A stretch of 38,762 nt of DNA, from contig JAUCBJ010001634.1 of NCBI GenBank assembly GCA_032718475.1, forward strand, positions 1-38,762, written 5' to 3'. Made by a program: the position numbers and the translations under genes. Origin of the DNA: Nemertoderma westbladi (taxonomy: Eukaryota; Animalia; Xenacoelomorpha). Position 1 is the stretch's first letter. The number at the start of each line of letters is the position of its first letter. Of the stretch, positions 38,056 through 38,762 are shown piece by piece. The notes under the pieces are model-generated. The model ran no database searches, was not told where the DNA came from, and was given only the letters and a program-made list of their open reading frames with translations.

Positions 38056-38172
38056 ATATCTACATAGAGCGGTTATTATATCGATTCATCGTATCAGTAA
38101 ACAGTAATTATGGAAGATCAACATGAAAAATAATAATTAAACCAGTAAACTTAATTAAACAAAGTTACGTAT

Positions 38173-38664
38173 ATTAATTATGTTTAATTAATTATGATTA
38201 ATTAATTATGTTTAATTAATTATGTTTAATTAATTATGTTTAATTAATTATGTTTAATTAATTATGTTTAATTAATTATGTTTAATTAATTATGTTTAAT
38301 TAATTATGTTTAATTAATTATGTTTAATTAATTATGTTTAATTAATTATGTTTAATTAATTATGTTTAATTAATTATGTTTAACTAATTATGTTTAATTA
38401 ATTATGTTTAATTAATTATGTTTAATTAATTATGTTTAATTAATTATGTTTAATTAATTATGTTTAATTAATTATGTTTAATTAATTATGTTTAATTAAT
38501 TATGTTTAATTAATTATGTTTAATTAATTATGTTTAATTAATTATGTTTAATTAATTATGTTTAATTAATTATATTTAATTAATTATGTTTAATTAATTA
38601 TGTTTAATTAATTATGTTTAATTAATTATGTTTAATTAATTGTGTTTAATTAATTATGTTTAAT
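38173..38664. repeat. 14-bp AT-rich minisatellite, ~35 copies
   Basis: Unit tatgtttaattaat. Confidence 0.97.
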
Positions 38665-38676
38665 ACCGGTACTCAC

Positions 38677-38762
38677 AGAGCTCGTCTGCTTTCAATGTGT
38701 TCTTCAATATCATCTAGTGTTTGGTTAACTTGGTAGGCGAAGCCACAAACTGTTATGCACTC
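38677..38762 (-). CDS. Class A GPCR, ECL2 exon (5' part lies beyond the window)
   Basis: Minus strand reads ECITVCGFAYQVNQTLDDIEEHIESRRA+CT, then a GTGAGT donor at 38676. The phase-2 end fits the phase-2 start of the TM5 exon (CT|A = Leu, giving ...RRALEITLFAIF). It contains Cys residues and an NQT sequon, as expected for ECL2. Not in the ORF track. Confidence 0.8.

Overview
Eukaryotic, repeat-rich animal (probably marine invertebrate) DNA; roughly 45% of the window is tandem repeat. The one host gene I can support is a class A (rhodopsin-like, peptide-receptor-like) GPCR on the minus strand. Its last four coding exons (38677-38762 cut by the window edge, 19363-19507, 12896-13092, 9085-9325) join with canonical GT-AG sites and matching phases (2, 0, 2) into ECL2-TM5-ICL3-TM6-TM7(NPFVY)-helix 8-CCC-tail. 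The most unusual feature is a ~6.2 kb array of ~139 units of 45 bp that fills the TM5/TM6 intron. The unit is the exon/intron junction itself: 23 nt of exon end plus a GTAAGT donor and 16 more intron nt. The first eight donors are in frame and stop-free, so donor choice could lengthen ICL3 in 15-aa Ser/Thr/basic modules until a 37-bp variant unit introduces a stop. The rest comprises 48-, 37-, 63-, 61-, 22- and 14-bp tandem arrays, RTE and L2/CR1-group LINE relics, a three-level nest (RTE > hAT > MULE-like MITE), Helentron-like non-autonomous elements, a foldback element and an IS3EU-like transposase relic.
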